Shown here one piece after another: positions 47,841 to 56,666 of a DNA stretch of 64,000 nucleotides. The stretch covers positions 74,184-138,183 of the forward strand of contig QQNF01000001.1 of the NCBI GenBank assembly GCA_003402705.1, given 5' to 3'. The notes under the pieces were generated by a model, which searched no databases, was not told where the DNA came from, and worked only from the letters and a program-made list of their open reading frames with translations. Both the position numbers and the translations under genes were made by a program. Position 1 is the stretch's first letter; every line of letters begins with the position of its first letter. This stretch comes from Verrucomicrobiota bacterium. GTDB taxonomy: Bacteria > Verrucomicrobiota > Verrucomicrobiia > Verrucomicrobiales > V1-33.

Positions 47841-49220
47841 ATGCCCCCGCCCGATCCCTCACTCCTCAACCGCCGCTCCTTCCTCGCCCGCGCCGGCATG
47901 GGCATGGGTGCCCTCTCCCTCGCCCCGCTCGTCGCCGCCGACTCCCCGCGCCCTCACTTCGCCCCGCGCGTCAAACGCGTCATCCACTTCTTCCTCAACG
48001 GCGGCCCCTCACACGTCGATACCTTCGACCCCAAACCGCTCCTCTCAAAATTCGCCGGCCAGCCGCTCCCCGATTCCCTCCGCACCGAACGCAAAACCGG
48101 CACCGCCTTCCCATCGCCCTTCAAATTCCAGCGCTACGGCCAGAGCGGTCTCGAAATCAGCGAACTCTTCGCCAAAACCGCCGCCCACGCCGATGACATT
48201 GCCGTCATCCGCTCCATGCACGCCCTCGTCCCCAATCACGAGCCCTCACTCATGCTCATGAACTGCGGCGACAGCGTCCAGGCACGCCCTAGCGTCGGTT
48301 CATGGGTCCTCTACGGCCTCGGCTCGGAAAATCAGAACCTCCCCGGCTTCATCGCCATGTGCCCCGGCGGCATGCCGATCAAAGACTCCGAAAACTGGCA
48401 GGCCGGCTTCCTCCCCGGCGCGTTCCAGGGCACCTTCATCGACCCCCAGCACCGCGAACTCGACAAACTCATCGAACACATCCGCAGCCCCCACGCCTCC
48501 CAAGCCACGCAGCGCCGGCAGATCGATCTGCTAGCCGCTCTCAACGCCGCCCACCGCGACTCCCACCCCGCCATCCCCGCGCTCGACGCCCGCCTCAACT
48601 CCTTCGAACTCGCCTTCCGCATGCAGTCGGAAGCCACCGACGCCTTCGACATCTCCCGCGAACCCGAATCCGTCCGCGCCGCCTACGGCGACCACGTCCA
48701 CGGCCGCCAGACACTCATGGCTAGACGTCTGCTCGAACGAGGCGTCCGCTTCATCCAGCTCTGGCACGGCGCAGGCCAGCCATGGGACACCCACGACAAC
48801 ATCGCCGGCAATCTCCCCAAACTCGCCGCCGACATCGACGGCCCCATCGCCGCCCTCATCTCCGACCTCAAACAACGCGGGCTCTTCGATGACACCCTCA
48901 TCATCTGGGGCGGCGAATTCGGCCGCACCCCCACCGTCGAACTCAACGAATCCGGTCAGTCCAAACTCGGCCGCGACCACAACCACTACGGCTTCTCCGT
49001 CTGGCTCGCCGGAGGCGGCATCCGCGGCGGCACCATCCACGGAGCCACCGACGACTTCGGCTTCCGCGCCACCAAAGACTCCACCAGCGTCCACGACCTC
49101 CACGCCACCATCCTCCACCTCCTCGGCTTCAATCACGAACAACTCACCTATCGCCACGCCGGTCGCGACTTCCGCCTCACCGACGTCTCCGGCGATGTCA
49201 TCCATCCCATCCTCATCTGA
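47841..49220 (+). CDS. DUF1501 protein (sulfatase-like fold), Tat signal
   Basis: LNRRSFLARAGMGMGALSL... ending ...WGGEFGRTP...GRDHN. Canonical partner of the DUF1549/1553 protein. Confidence 0.9.
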   Translation: MPPPDPSLLNRRSFLARAGMGMGALSLAPLVAADSPRPHFAPRVKRVIHFFLNGGPSHVDTFDPKPLLSKFAGQPLPDSLRTERKTGTAFPSPFKFQRYGQSGLEISELFAKTAAHADDIAVIRSMHALVPNHEPSLMLMNCGDSVQARPSVGSWVLYGLGSENQNLPGFIAMCPGGMPIKDSENWQAGFLPGAFQGTFIDPQHRELDKLIEHIRSPHASQATQRRQIDLLAALNAAHRDSHPAIPALDARLNSFELAFRMQSEATDAFDISREPESVRAAYGDHVHGRQTLMARRLLERGVRFIQLWHGAGQPWDTHDNIAGNLPKLAADIDGPIAALISDLKQRGLFDDTLIIWGGEFGRTPTVELNESGQSKLGRDHNHYGFSVWLAGGGIRGGTIHGATDDFGFRATKDSTSVHDLHATILHLLGFNHEQLTYRHAGRDFRLTDVSGDVIHPILI

Positions 49221-49386
49221 TTCCCCACATGAAGCCTTGATGAGGCCCAGACCGTGCTCACGGACACTTTTCCAAGGAAATTCCCCACCAGCGGCGTATC
49301 TCCTGTCGAATACTGCTTCTGAAAGACTCCCGGCCCCGCGCCCGTCACCTTACCAAGACCGCGCGACTCATCCCAAGCCCATCGCC

Positions 49387-50727
49387 ATGAAACCCGACTT
49401 CTCCCGCCGCAGCTTCCTTCGCGGCCTCGGCACGCTCCTCGCCCTCCCGGCCATGGAATCGCTGACCCCACGCTCCGTCCGCGCCGCCGCCGCCGCCGCC
49501 AAATCCCAGTTCCCCCTCCGCATGGCGTTCATCTACTCGCCAAACGGCAAGAACATGGACCACTGGACGCCCAAACAGGACGGCCCCAACTACGAACTCA
49601 CCCGCGCCCTCAAGCCGCTCGCCAAGGTCAAAGGCGACATCTCCATCATCTCCGGCCTCGCCCACGACAAAGCCCGCGCCAACGGCGACGGAGCCGGCGA
49701 CCACGCCCGCGCCAACGCCACCTTCCTCACCGGCACGCAGGTCCGCAAAACCGCCGGCGCCGACATCCGCGCCGGGGTCTCCGTCGACCAGATCGCCGCA
49801 CGCTCGGTCGGCCAGGTCACCCGCCTCCCATCCCTCGAACTCAGCTGCGACGAAGCCCGCCGCGCCGGCAACTGCGACAGCGGCTACAGCTGCGCCTACC
49901 AGTTCAATCTCGCATGGAAAAGTGAAGGGCTCCCGCTCGCCCCGGAACGCGACCCGCGTCTCGCCTTCGAACGCCTCTTCGGCTCCGGCAACGCTGAAGA
50001 AGATGCCGCCCGCGCCAAACGCGACCTCCAGAACAAAAGCGTCCTCGACTTCGTCCTCGACGACGCCAAGGCCCTCCACAAACAGCTCGGCCGCACCGAC
50101 CGCCAGAAGCTCGACGAATATCTCACCTCCGTCCGCGACATCGAACGCCGCATCGGCAACGCCAACAGCGCCGCCCGCGAACTCCCGGATTACCAGAAGC
50201 CCACCGGTATCCCCGAGAGCTACAAGGACCACATCCGCCTCATGTTCGATCTCCTCTGGCTCTCCTTCCAGACGGACTCGACCCGCGTCGCCTCCTTCCT
50301 CCTCGCCCACGACGGCTCCAACCGCACGTTCCCAGACATCGGCGTCCCCGATCAGCACCACGGCATCTCCCACCACCAGAAGGATCCCGAGAAACTCGAG
50401 AAAATCGCCCTCATCGACGAGTTCTACAGCGTCCAACTCGCCTTCTTCCTCGAAAAAATGCAGGCCACCAAGGAAGGCGACGGCTCCCTCCTCGATCACA
50501 GCATGATCGTCTTCGGCGGCGGCATCGGCGACCCCGACCGCCACAACCACGACGACCTCCCCGTCATCCTCGCCGGCGGCGGCAACGGCTCCCTCAAACA
50601 AGGCCGCCACATCCGCCTCAACGGCGAAACCCCCATGTGCAATCTCTACCTCTCCCTGCTCGACCGCATGGGCGTCAAGGAAGAGCGCTTCGGCGACAGC
50701 ACCGGCCGCCTCGACCTCATCGGCTGA
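49387..50727 (+). CDS. DUF1552 protein, Tat signal
   Basis: ATG at 49387. MKPDFSRRSFLRGLGTLLALPAMES...HHGISHHQKDPEKLEK... Confidence 0.8.
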   Translation: MKPDFSRRSFLRGLGTLLALPAMESLTPRSVRAAAAAAKSQFPLRMAFIYSPNGKNMDHWTPKQDGPNYELTRALKPLAKVKGDISIISGLAHDKARANGDGAGDHARANATFLTGTQVRKTAGADIRAGVSVDQIAARSVGQVTRLPSLELSCDEARRAGNCDSGYSCAYQFNLAWKSEGLPLAPERDPRLAFERLFGSGNAEEDAARAKRDLQNKSVLDFVLDDAKALHKQLGRTDRQKLDEYLTSVRDIERRIGNANSAARELPDYQKPTGIPESYKDHIRLMFDLLWLSFQTDSTRVASFLLAHDGSNRTFPDIGVPDQHHGISHHQKDPEKLEKIALIDEFYSVQLAFFLEKMQATKEGDGSLLDHSMIVFGGGIGDPDRHNHDDLPVILAGGGNGSLKQGRHIRLNGETPMCNLYLSLLDRMGVKEERFGDSTGRLDLIG

Positions 50728-50735
50728 TGCAAGGT

Positions 50736-50758
50736 GGCACAGGAATCCTGCCTGTGAC
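50736..50758. repeat. Hairpin repeat copy 2 (GGCACAGGAATCCTGCCTGTGAC), 9 nt after the DUF1552 stop
   Basis: Same element as 3558 and 54500. The next ~17 nt (TTGGAAAGCTCCGACC) also match the 54500 copy. Confidence 0.6.
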
Positions 50759-50901
50759 TTGGAAAGCTCCGACCTAGCAAACCCCAAGCCTCCACCGAGC
50801 CCCAGAAGCCCGCCGTCCGCAGGACCACGGCGCAACCGCGTGACGGGAACGTTGCCGCACCTCAGTTGAAGCCCGGTCCCGGGCAGCGGTAGCGTCCGCC
50901 C

Positions 50902-53571
50902 GTGCGTACCATCTGCATTTCCATGATTCTAGCCTCTCTGGTGCTGCCCGCGGCGGCGGCATCGACCGAGTGGACTTTCGCCAATCCCGCGGACCGACTG
51001 GCCGCCACGGGAGGTCCGGCCGCCCTCGCCTATCATGATCCCGCGGCCGAAGGCTGGGGACCGGCCCTGACAACCTTCGGCCGGGCCTCCGCCCTTGGGC
51101 TGCCTGCCATGCCTGGTGGCGATGCCGACGTGATGGCGTTCCCCGCCTGCACCGCGCAGCAGGGCTATCGCCTCACTCACGGGGCAATGCCCAACGGTGC
51201 CTACGAGCCCGACGGCCGGGTCTCGAACTACACCATCGTCATGGATGTGCTGTTCCCCGCGGCCTCGGACGCTCAGTGGCGCGGCCTCTGGCAGACGTCG
51301 CCGGACAACAGCGATGACGGCGACTTCTTCGTTCAGAATACCGCATCCGGCGGCATCGGGATTAGCTCGAACTATCTCGGCCGCATCCTGCCGGACACAT
51401 GGCACCGCGTGGTCATCACCGTCCGGGCCGCCCCCGGAGAAGGACACTGCCAGCGCTACATCGACGGCCTCTTCATCGGCGGACAGGGCACCACCGGCTC
51501 CGGTCTTGATCTGCGCTGGTCCCTTGGCGGCGAAGCGCTCTTTTTCACCGACAACGACGGGGAGACGGCGGCCGGCTACTGCGCCGGACTCGCCTTCATC
51601 GACCGCGCGCTCTTTCCCGCCGAAGTGGCGGCTCTGGGTGGTCCGCATGCCGTGGGACCGCTCGTTCCCGGCAATCCGCCGCCGCCCGCGGAGCCCATGG
51701 TGCGGCGCGTCGGCGTCATCGGCCACCGCGGCGGTGCTTTCGACCGGGCTCCTGACAACACTCTCGCCGGCATCCGCGCCGGCATCGCCGACGGCGTGCA
51801 GGGCATCGAGGTCGATACGCGCCTGACCGCCGATGGTGTCTGTGTCGCCTTCCATGACGGGACGGTGGATCGCACCACCGACGGAACCGGTGCCGTGGTG
51901 GACCTGACCCTCGCCGAACTCCAGTCGCTGGACGCGGGTTCGTGGTACGATCCAGCCTTCGCAGCCGAGCGGGTGCCGTCCCTCGCCCAAGTGTTCGAAA
52001 CGGCGAAGGGCAAGTGCATCATCTTTCTCGACATGAAGACAAATGGTCAGGCCGACGCGATTCTCTCCGCCGTCGCGTCCACAGGCTTTCCTCTAACGGA
52101 TCTCTGGTTCTGGACCACCAATTCCACCTCTGCGGAAGAGATCAGAACGGTCATTCCGCAGGCGCGCCTGATGTGGGGTGCGCCGGACGCTTCATGGTCT
52201 ACGGACCCGAATTACTTCACCGGGCTCAAAGCGCAGGGCGTCATCGGCTTCAGTTTTTCGGCCGGCAGTGGCGCAGTGGATAGCCGCTTCTGTGCCCGGG
52301 CCAAGGAGGAGGGGATGATCGTCGAGATCTTCACCATCCTGACACCGGACGCCATGCGCGCTGCCGCGGTGTCTGGCGTCGATTATGTCGAGAACGACTA
52401 TCCAGCGGCCATGAACCGCCTCCAGCCGGCGCAGACACCCGCAGCGCGGCTTCCGTTTCCGGCCGACGGTGCCACGGGTGTGCCGCCGGATCTCGTAATG
52501 CGCTGGGTGACGGGCCTCGGCGCCACACAGCGGCGGGTCTTTTTCGGGACCAGCGCGCCGGGCAGCGATCTCGGAGTCCGCTCGTCCGACCTCCTCGCAC
52601 GCAGCAATCTGGCGTGGGGCACCACCTTCTTCTGGCGGGTCGATGAAATCAGCGCCACCGGCACGACCACGGGGCCGGTCTGGAGCTTCACGACTCTTCC
52701 GCGCCCGCCGTCGGCCAATCTCGTCGGGCTGTGGCTTTTCGACAGGGCCGACGATCCCGGGCATGCCACCATCGGTCAGGATCTCGCGATCGAAGGCGAT
52801 GCTCCGGAATGGCTGGCAGTACAGGCCGACGACGCCGGACGGGAAGCTTCCGGCGTGATCACTACTGCCGCCGGGCCCGCCAGCCGCTTGCGCTGCACCC
52901 ATGGCATCGGCGCCAATGGCGGCGGCACATTCACCAACCGCTACACGATCGTGATGGACATCCTGTCGCCTCCTGGCAGCCGGGGCTCATGGCGCAGCCT
53001 GCTCCAGACCAACTCGGCCAATACCAACGATGGCGACTACTTCATCCGCACCGATAATCGTGTCGGCGTCGGAGCGCTGGGCTACGGTCCGGCCATCGAT
53101 TCCTCTTCATGGAAGCGCCTGGCTTTCTCAGTGGATCTCGCGAACCCGACATCGGCGTCATTCATCCGCACCGTTCTGGACGGTGGAACGCCGTTCGTGC
53201 ACTCGCCGCAGCCGCGGGACGGCCGCTTCGCGCTGGATCCCTCGGTGCTCTTTTTTGGCGACGAGGACGGTGAGAACGCGCCCATGCACGTAGCCATGGT
53301 CGCGCTTTTCGACGGTTCGTTGAGTCTGGAGGAAATCACAGCGCTGGGTGCCACGCTTCCCGAGGGTCTCTACCCGCGGCCGTCGCTTGAGGTGGGCCGT
53401 TCCGGCAACCGTGTCACCCTGACATGGCCACCAACACCGGGCTACCTCCTCCAGCGCTCCCCGGGCGCAGCAGCATGGACGGACCTTCCGGAAACATTCG
53501 GCCTCGGTGCATGGTCGGAGCCCATCGCCCCCACACCCGGCCGCATGTTCTTCCGGCTCGCGCCCCGCTAG
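50902..53571 (+). CDS. Secreted multidomain protein: LamG-like / glycerophosphodiester phosphodiesterase / FN3-like / LamG-like
   Basis: GDPD core VIGHRGGAFDRAPDNTLAGIRAGIADGVQGIEVDTRLTADGVCVAFHD. It is flanked by two copies of a ~200-aa module also found in the next gene. GTG 50902 or ATG 50923. Confidence 0.75.
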   Translation: MRTICISMILASLVLPAAAASTEWTFANPADRLAATGGPAALAYHDPAAEGWGPALTTFGRASALGLPAMPGGDADVMAFPACTAQQGYRLTHGAMPNGAYEPDGRVSNYTIVMDVLFPAASDAQWRGLWQTSPDNSDDGDFFVQNTASGGIGISSNYLGRILPDTWHRVVITVRAAPGEGHCQRYIDGLFIGGQGTTGSGLDLRWSLGGEALFFTDNDGETAAGYCAGLAFIDRALFPAEVAALGGPHAVGPLVPGNPPPPAEPMVRRVGVIGHRGGAFDRAPDNTLAGIRAGIADGVQGIEVDTRLTADGVCVAFHDGTVDRTTDGTGAVVDLTLAELQSLDAGSWYDPAFAAERVPSLAQVFETAKGKCIIFLDMKTNGQADAILSAVASTGFPLTDLWFWTTNSTSAEEIRTVIPQARLMWGAPDASWSTDPNYFTGLKAQGVIGFSFSAGSGAVDSRFCARAKEEGMIVEIFTILTPDAMRAAAVSGVDYVENDYPAAMNRLQPAQTPAARLPFPADGATGVPPDLVMRWVTGLGATQRRVFFGTSAPGSDLGVRSSDLLARSNLAWGTTFFWRVDEISATGTTTGPVWSFTTLPRPPSANLVGLWLFDRADDPGHATIGQDLAIEGDAPEWLAVQADDAGREASGVITTAAGPASRLRCTHGIGANGGGTFTNRYTIVMDILSPPGSRGSWRSLLQTNSANTNDGDYFIRTDNRVGVGALGYGPAIDSSSWKRLAFSVDLANPTSASFIRTVLDGGTPFVHSPQPRDGRFALDPSVLFFGDEDGENAPMHVAMVALFDGSLSLEEITALGATLPEGLYPRPSLEVGRSGNRVTLTWPPTPGYLLQRSPGAAAWTDLPETFGLGAWSEPIAPTPGRMFFRLAPR

Positions 53572-53626
53572 ACCGCCTTCATCCTAACCACCCTACCACC
53601 CTACCACCATCCATATCACTCCAGCC

Positions 53627-54442
53627 ATGAAATCACCAGCCATTGCCATCCTTGTCCTCCTCAGCGCTCCCGTCGCGCTGCCCGCCGCCGTCCTCACAGG
53701 TCTCTGGGAGTTCGACGACCAGTCAAATCCCGGCGCGGCCACCGTGGGCGTGCCCCTGAGCTTCGCGGGTGCGGCACCGGGAACATGGAGCGCAGCGCTT
53801 TCCGACGATCAGGCGGACAGCCTCGCCGGCGTCCTCACCACGCCGCCCGCCGCGGCCGCCACAAGGTTCATCGCCACCCACGGCATCGCTCCGAACGGTG
53901 GCGGGGCCTACGTCAACGAATACTCGGTTCTCGTCGATCTCTTCTCGCCTGCAGGCAGCCGCGCCGCATGGCGCACCATCTTCCAGACGAATGAGAACAA
54001 CACCAACGACGCCGACTACTTCATCAGTCCCACCGGCAATGCCGGCGTCAGCGCCCTGACATATTCCCCGGCTGCGCTGGACGCCTCCAGCTGGACTCGG
54101 CTCGTCGTCACGTTCGACCTCGCTTCGGCCGGACCATCCGTGGTCAGAACCTATCTGAACGGGGCCCCGTTCCACACGCATGCGCTCTCCGGGGGACTGG
54201 ACGGCCGCTTCGCGCTGGATCCCACAGTGCTCTTCTTCACCGACGAGGACGGAGACAACGCGCCCCTGCACATCGGGGCGGTGGCAACCTTCAGCGGCGC
54301 TTTGTCAGCGGGAGAAGTCGCGGCGCTCGGGGCCGCCGGAGCCGCGGTCATCCCAGAGCCGCAGACAGCCGGTCTCCTCGCAGCCGCTCTTGCCGGTCTC
54401 GCGGGCCGTCGACGCTCGCGCGTCCAGATCACGGCACCGTAA
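53627..54442 (+). CDS. LamG-like PEP-CTERM protein
   Basis: Signal peptide, the same module (…NEYSVLVDLFSPAGSRAAWRTIFQTNENNTNDADYFIS…), and a C-terminal VIPEPQTAGLLAAALAGLAGRRRSR. Confidence 0.75.
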   Translation: MKSPAIAILVLLSAPVALPAAVLTGLWEFDDQSNPGAATVGVPLSFAGAAPGTWSAALSDDQADSLAGVLTTPPAAAATRFIATHGIAPNGGGAYVNEYSVLVDLFSPAGSRAAWRTIFQTNENNTNDADYFISPTGNAGVSALTYSPAALDASSWTRLVVTFDLASAGPSVVRTYLNGAPFHTHALSGGLDGRFALDPTVLFFTDEDGDNAPLHIGAVATFSGALSAGEVAALGAAGAAVIPEPQTAGLLAAALAGLAGRRRSRVQITAP

Positions 54443-54499
54443 CGGGTGGCCCGTCAACCGGTAGCGGCGACCGGTCACCGCCGTCCTAGCAAGCACACT

Positions 54500-54522
54500 G
54501 GCACAGGCATCTTGCCTGTGAC
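54500..54522. repeat. Hairpin repeat copy 3 (GGCACAGGCATCTTGCCTGTGAC), 58 nt after the PEP-CTERM gene stop
   Basis: Same stem CACAGGCA/TGCCTGTG, followed by TTAGAAAGCTCCAGCC. Confidence 0.6.
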
Positions 54523-54635
54523 TTAGAAAGCTCCAGCCTCCTGTCCAAACAAAACGGCGGCCGCGAATCAAAGTTCGCGGCCGCCGCAGTTGCAGCAAGG
54601 CCGTCCCGGCCTTGTCTCCGAATTAGCAATCCCCC

Positions 54636-55100
54636 TCAGCGCACCACCACGTACGCCGCCGATCCTTGATACATCACCGGCCGGTAATACACGCCGCCGA
54701 CATACCGGCAGTTGTACCCGCGGTACACCACCGTCCGATACCCAGCAGGCACCACCCGCACATAACCGACAGGCAACGGAGCCGCCACGACCACAGGCGC
54801 AGGAGCGACCACGACTGGACGCGGGGCCACGACCACCGGCGCAGGCGCGACCACGACCGGACGCGGAGCAACCACCACTGGACGCGGAGCCACGGCCACC
54901 GGACGACGCGCCACCGCGGTCCCGTTCGGCCCGCTCACGGCCACACCACGGCGCGTCACCGCCGCCGCCCGGTCTTCACCCACCACCGCCGCGCCACGAG
55001 GGCCACGCACGCCATACACATCAGCCTGCGCCACCGCAGCCATGCCCAACAACATTGCACCCATGGCCATCGCCCGGGAAATCTTCAGGGAAGTCTTCAT
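54636..55100 (-). CDS. Secreted protein with (A)PRPVVVA tandem repeats
   Basis: Signal peptide MKTSLKISRAMAMGAMLLGMAAVAQA, then VAVAPRPVVVAPRPVVVAPAPVVVAPRPVVVAPAPVVVA and a Tyr/Arg/Val-rich C-terminus. Confidence 0.6.
   Translation of the reverse strand: MKTSLKISRAMAMGAMLLGMAAVAQADVYGVRGPRGAAVVGEDRAAAVTRRGVAVSGPNGTAVARRPVAVAPRPVVVAPRPVVVAPAPVVVAPRPVVVAPAPVVVAAPLPVGYVRVVPAGYRTVVYRGYNCRYVGGVYYRPVMYQGSAAYVVVR
54784..54910. repeat. Tandem repeat, 21-nt unit (42-nt super-unit), about 6 units, inside the CDS
   Basis: Repeated GCGACCACGAC(C/T)GGACGCGG(A/G)GC(C/A)ACGACCAC(C/A)GGCGCAGG. Confidence 0.7.
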
Positions 55101-55135
55101 AGTTCAGTTTTTCTGGTTCGGGTTATCCAACACAT

Positions 55136-55918
55136 TCAACGCTTCGCAGTCGCATCCATCTCGGCCGTGCTCCACATCTCAATCTTCTCGCTGCCGCTCG
55201 GCGGCACGAAGGCAAACTGCGACGCGGCCGGCACCCCCATCTGCCATCCCTTGAACCGGATGCGCACCTGCGGCTGACCGTCACGCTTGAACGTCGCCAC
55301 CAGACGCCGCGGCAATTGATCCGCCACCCCGATCCACAATTCCGCATCCGCCACCGACCCGCTCAATCCGATCCGGTGGCACGCCACCCCACCCAAGCCC
55401 AGAAACCCGCCGTCCTTCGCACGGCCCAGATACGTCACCCTCTGCGCATTCCCCCGCATCTTCGCCCCGGGATCGCTCACCACAAACTCCGCCAGCGGCG
55501 GCGTGAATCCATACGTCCGGTCCAGCTTCGCCACCAGCCCGTCAATGTCCGTCCGCATCGGCAGCACCGCATGGTAATTCGACTCCACGTCCAGCAGCGA
55601 AAGCGTCGCCCCGTCCGCCACAATCCGACGGCTCCCCGTCTTGCTCGCCGACGTCGCCGCCAGCTTCCCCGGCCGGGACACCGCCACCGAAACCTTCGCC
55701 TTTTCCGCCACATCCCGGCCTTCCAGCAACGGCGCATCAATCTCCCGCACCGCCTGGAACTGGAAACCAGGAGCGGACGCCAGCTTCGCCGACATCCCCC
55801 GCAACAATTCAGCGGCGTCAGGCTCAGCCGCCCGCACCGGACCACAAATACCGGAAATCAGCGCCACAGCGCCAAGGAATCGATTGAATGTCAGCTTCAT
55901 AAGTTTGTTGTGCGCCAT
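55136..55918 (-). CDS. DUF2092 periplasmic LolA-like protein (alternative ATG at 55900)
   Basis: Signal peptide, then AEPDAAELLRGMSAKLASAPGFQFQAVREID... and ...ELWIGVADQLPRRLVATFK... Confidence 0.65.
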   Translation of the reverse strand: MAHNKLMKLTFNRFLGAVALISGICGPVRAAEPDAAELLRGMSAKLASAPGFQFQAVREIDAPLLEGRDVAEKAKVSVAVSRPGKLAATSASKTGSRRIVADGATLSLLDVESNYHAVLPMRTDIDGLVAKLDRTYGFTPPLAEFVVSDPGAKMRGNAQRVTYLGRAKDGGFLGLGGVACHRIGLSGSVADAELWIGVADQLPRRLVATFKRDGQPQVRIRFKGWQMGVPAASQFAFVPPSGSEKIEMWSTAEMDATAKR

Positions 55919-55987
55919 ACCGGCAGCAGGCCGATACTAACGGCTTCATACGTCTTGCCAACCGAAATATCAGGGCACGCCCGCTCC

Positions 55988-56617
55988 TCACCCGGCCGCC
56001 ACCCGCCGCTCCCGCACCCGCGTCAGCAGCGCCACCGCCGCCGCCATCAACGCCCCAAGCCCCGCCAGCGCCATGTCCCGGTGCGCATCCCACGGATCCC
56101 CCTGCGTCCCGAGATACGCCGCCCCCAGTTCCCCTCCAAACACCTCCGCCGCCCCCCACTCGAACAATTCATAAAGCACCGACGTCGACAGAATCATGTC
56201 CACCGAAAACGCCCACGCCCACCGCGGCACCGGTGCCACCCGGTACGAAAGCAGTTCCTTGAGCGGCCGCGCCAGCAGCAAGCCATAACTGAAATGCACC
56301 AGCCGGTCGAAGTGATTCCTCCCCGGCACCACCGCCTGCCCCGTCAGCACGCCCCACCACTCACGATAGGGCACTTCCGAATACGTGTAGTGCGCCCCGA
56401 TCTCATGCACCATCAGAAACCCGAACACCAGCACCCACGACAACCGGCTCAACGGCACCCGGCAGTAAATCCAGCGCGCCAGCACCAGCGACGCCGCCAC
56501 CAGCACGTTCTCCAGCAGCCAGTCCGCAGGATGCCACGGCCGGACCGCCGACCACACAAACACCACCGCAAAGCCCGCGCTCAGCCCGCGGACCAGTGAC
56601 CGGTGTTCACCATTCAT
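55988..56617 (-). CDS. DUF2238 (YjdF-like) inner membrane protein
   Basis: ATG at 56617. ...WLLENVLV...VHEIGAHYTYSEVPY...RNHFDRLVHFSYGLL... Confidence 0.65.
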   Translation of the reverse strand: MNGEHRSLVRGLSAGFAVVFVWSAVRPWHPADWLLENVLVAASLVLARWIYCRVPLSRLSWVLVFGFLMVHEIGAHYTYSEVPYREWWGVLTGQAVVPGRNHFDRLVHFSYGLLLARPLKELLSYRVAPVPRWAWAFSVDMILSTSVLYELFEWGAAEVFGGELGAAYLGTQGDPWDAHRDMALAGLGALMAAAVALLTRVRERRVAAG

Positions 56618-56666
56618 GAACTCATGCTGCCACGGCCGCAGCACCGCACGCAAGCCCGCGCCCGCG

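Noticed and set aside
48889-49386. N-terminal 166 codons of the 612-aa ORF that would make the DUF1552 gene overlap DUF1501 by 330 nt
   Set aside because: The extension is Ser/Pro/Thr/Ala low complexity lying inside the DUF1501 CDS. An ATG at 49387 is followed by a proper Tat-type signal (SRRSFLRGLG).
49345-50835. 496-aa minus-strand ORF
   Set aside because: It is antisense to the DUF1552 gene. Its Gly/Ala/Val/Glu-rich composition is typical of the reverse frame of a GC-rich CDS.
55316-56599. 427-aa plus-strand ORF rich in Arg/Pro/His
   Set aside because: It overlaps the DUF2092 and DUF2238 genes on the opposite strand, and both of those have recognisable family signatures.
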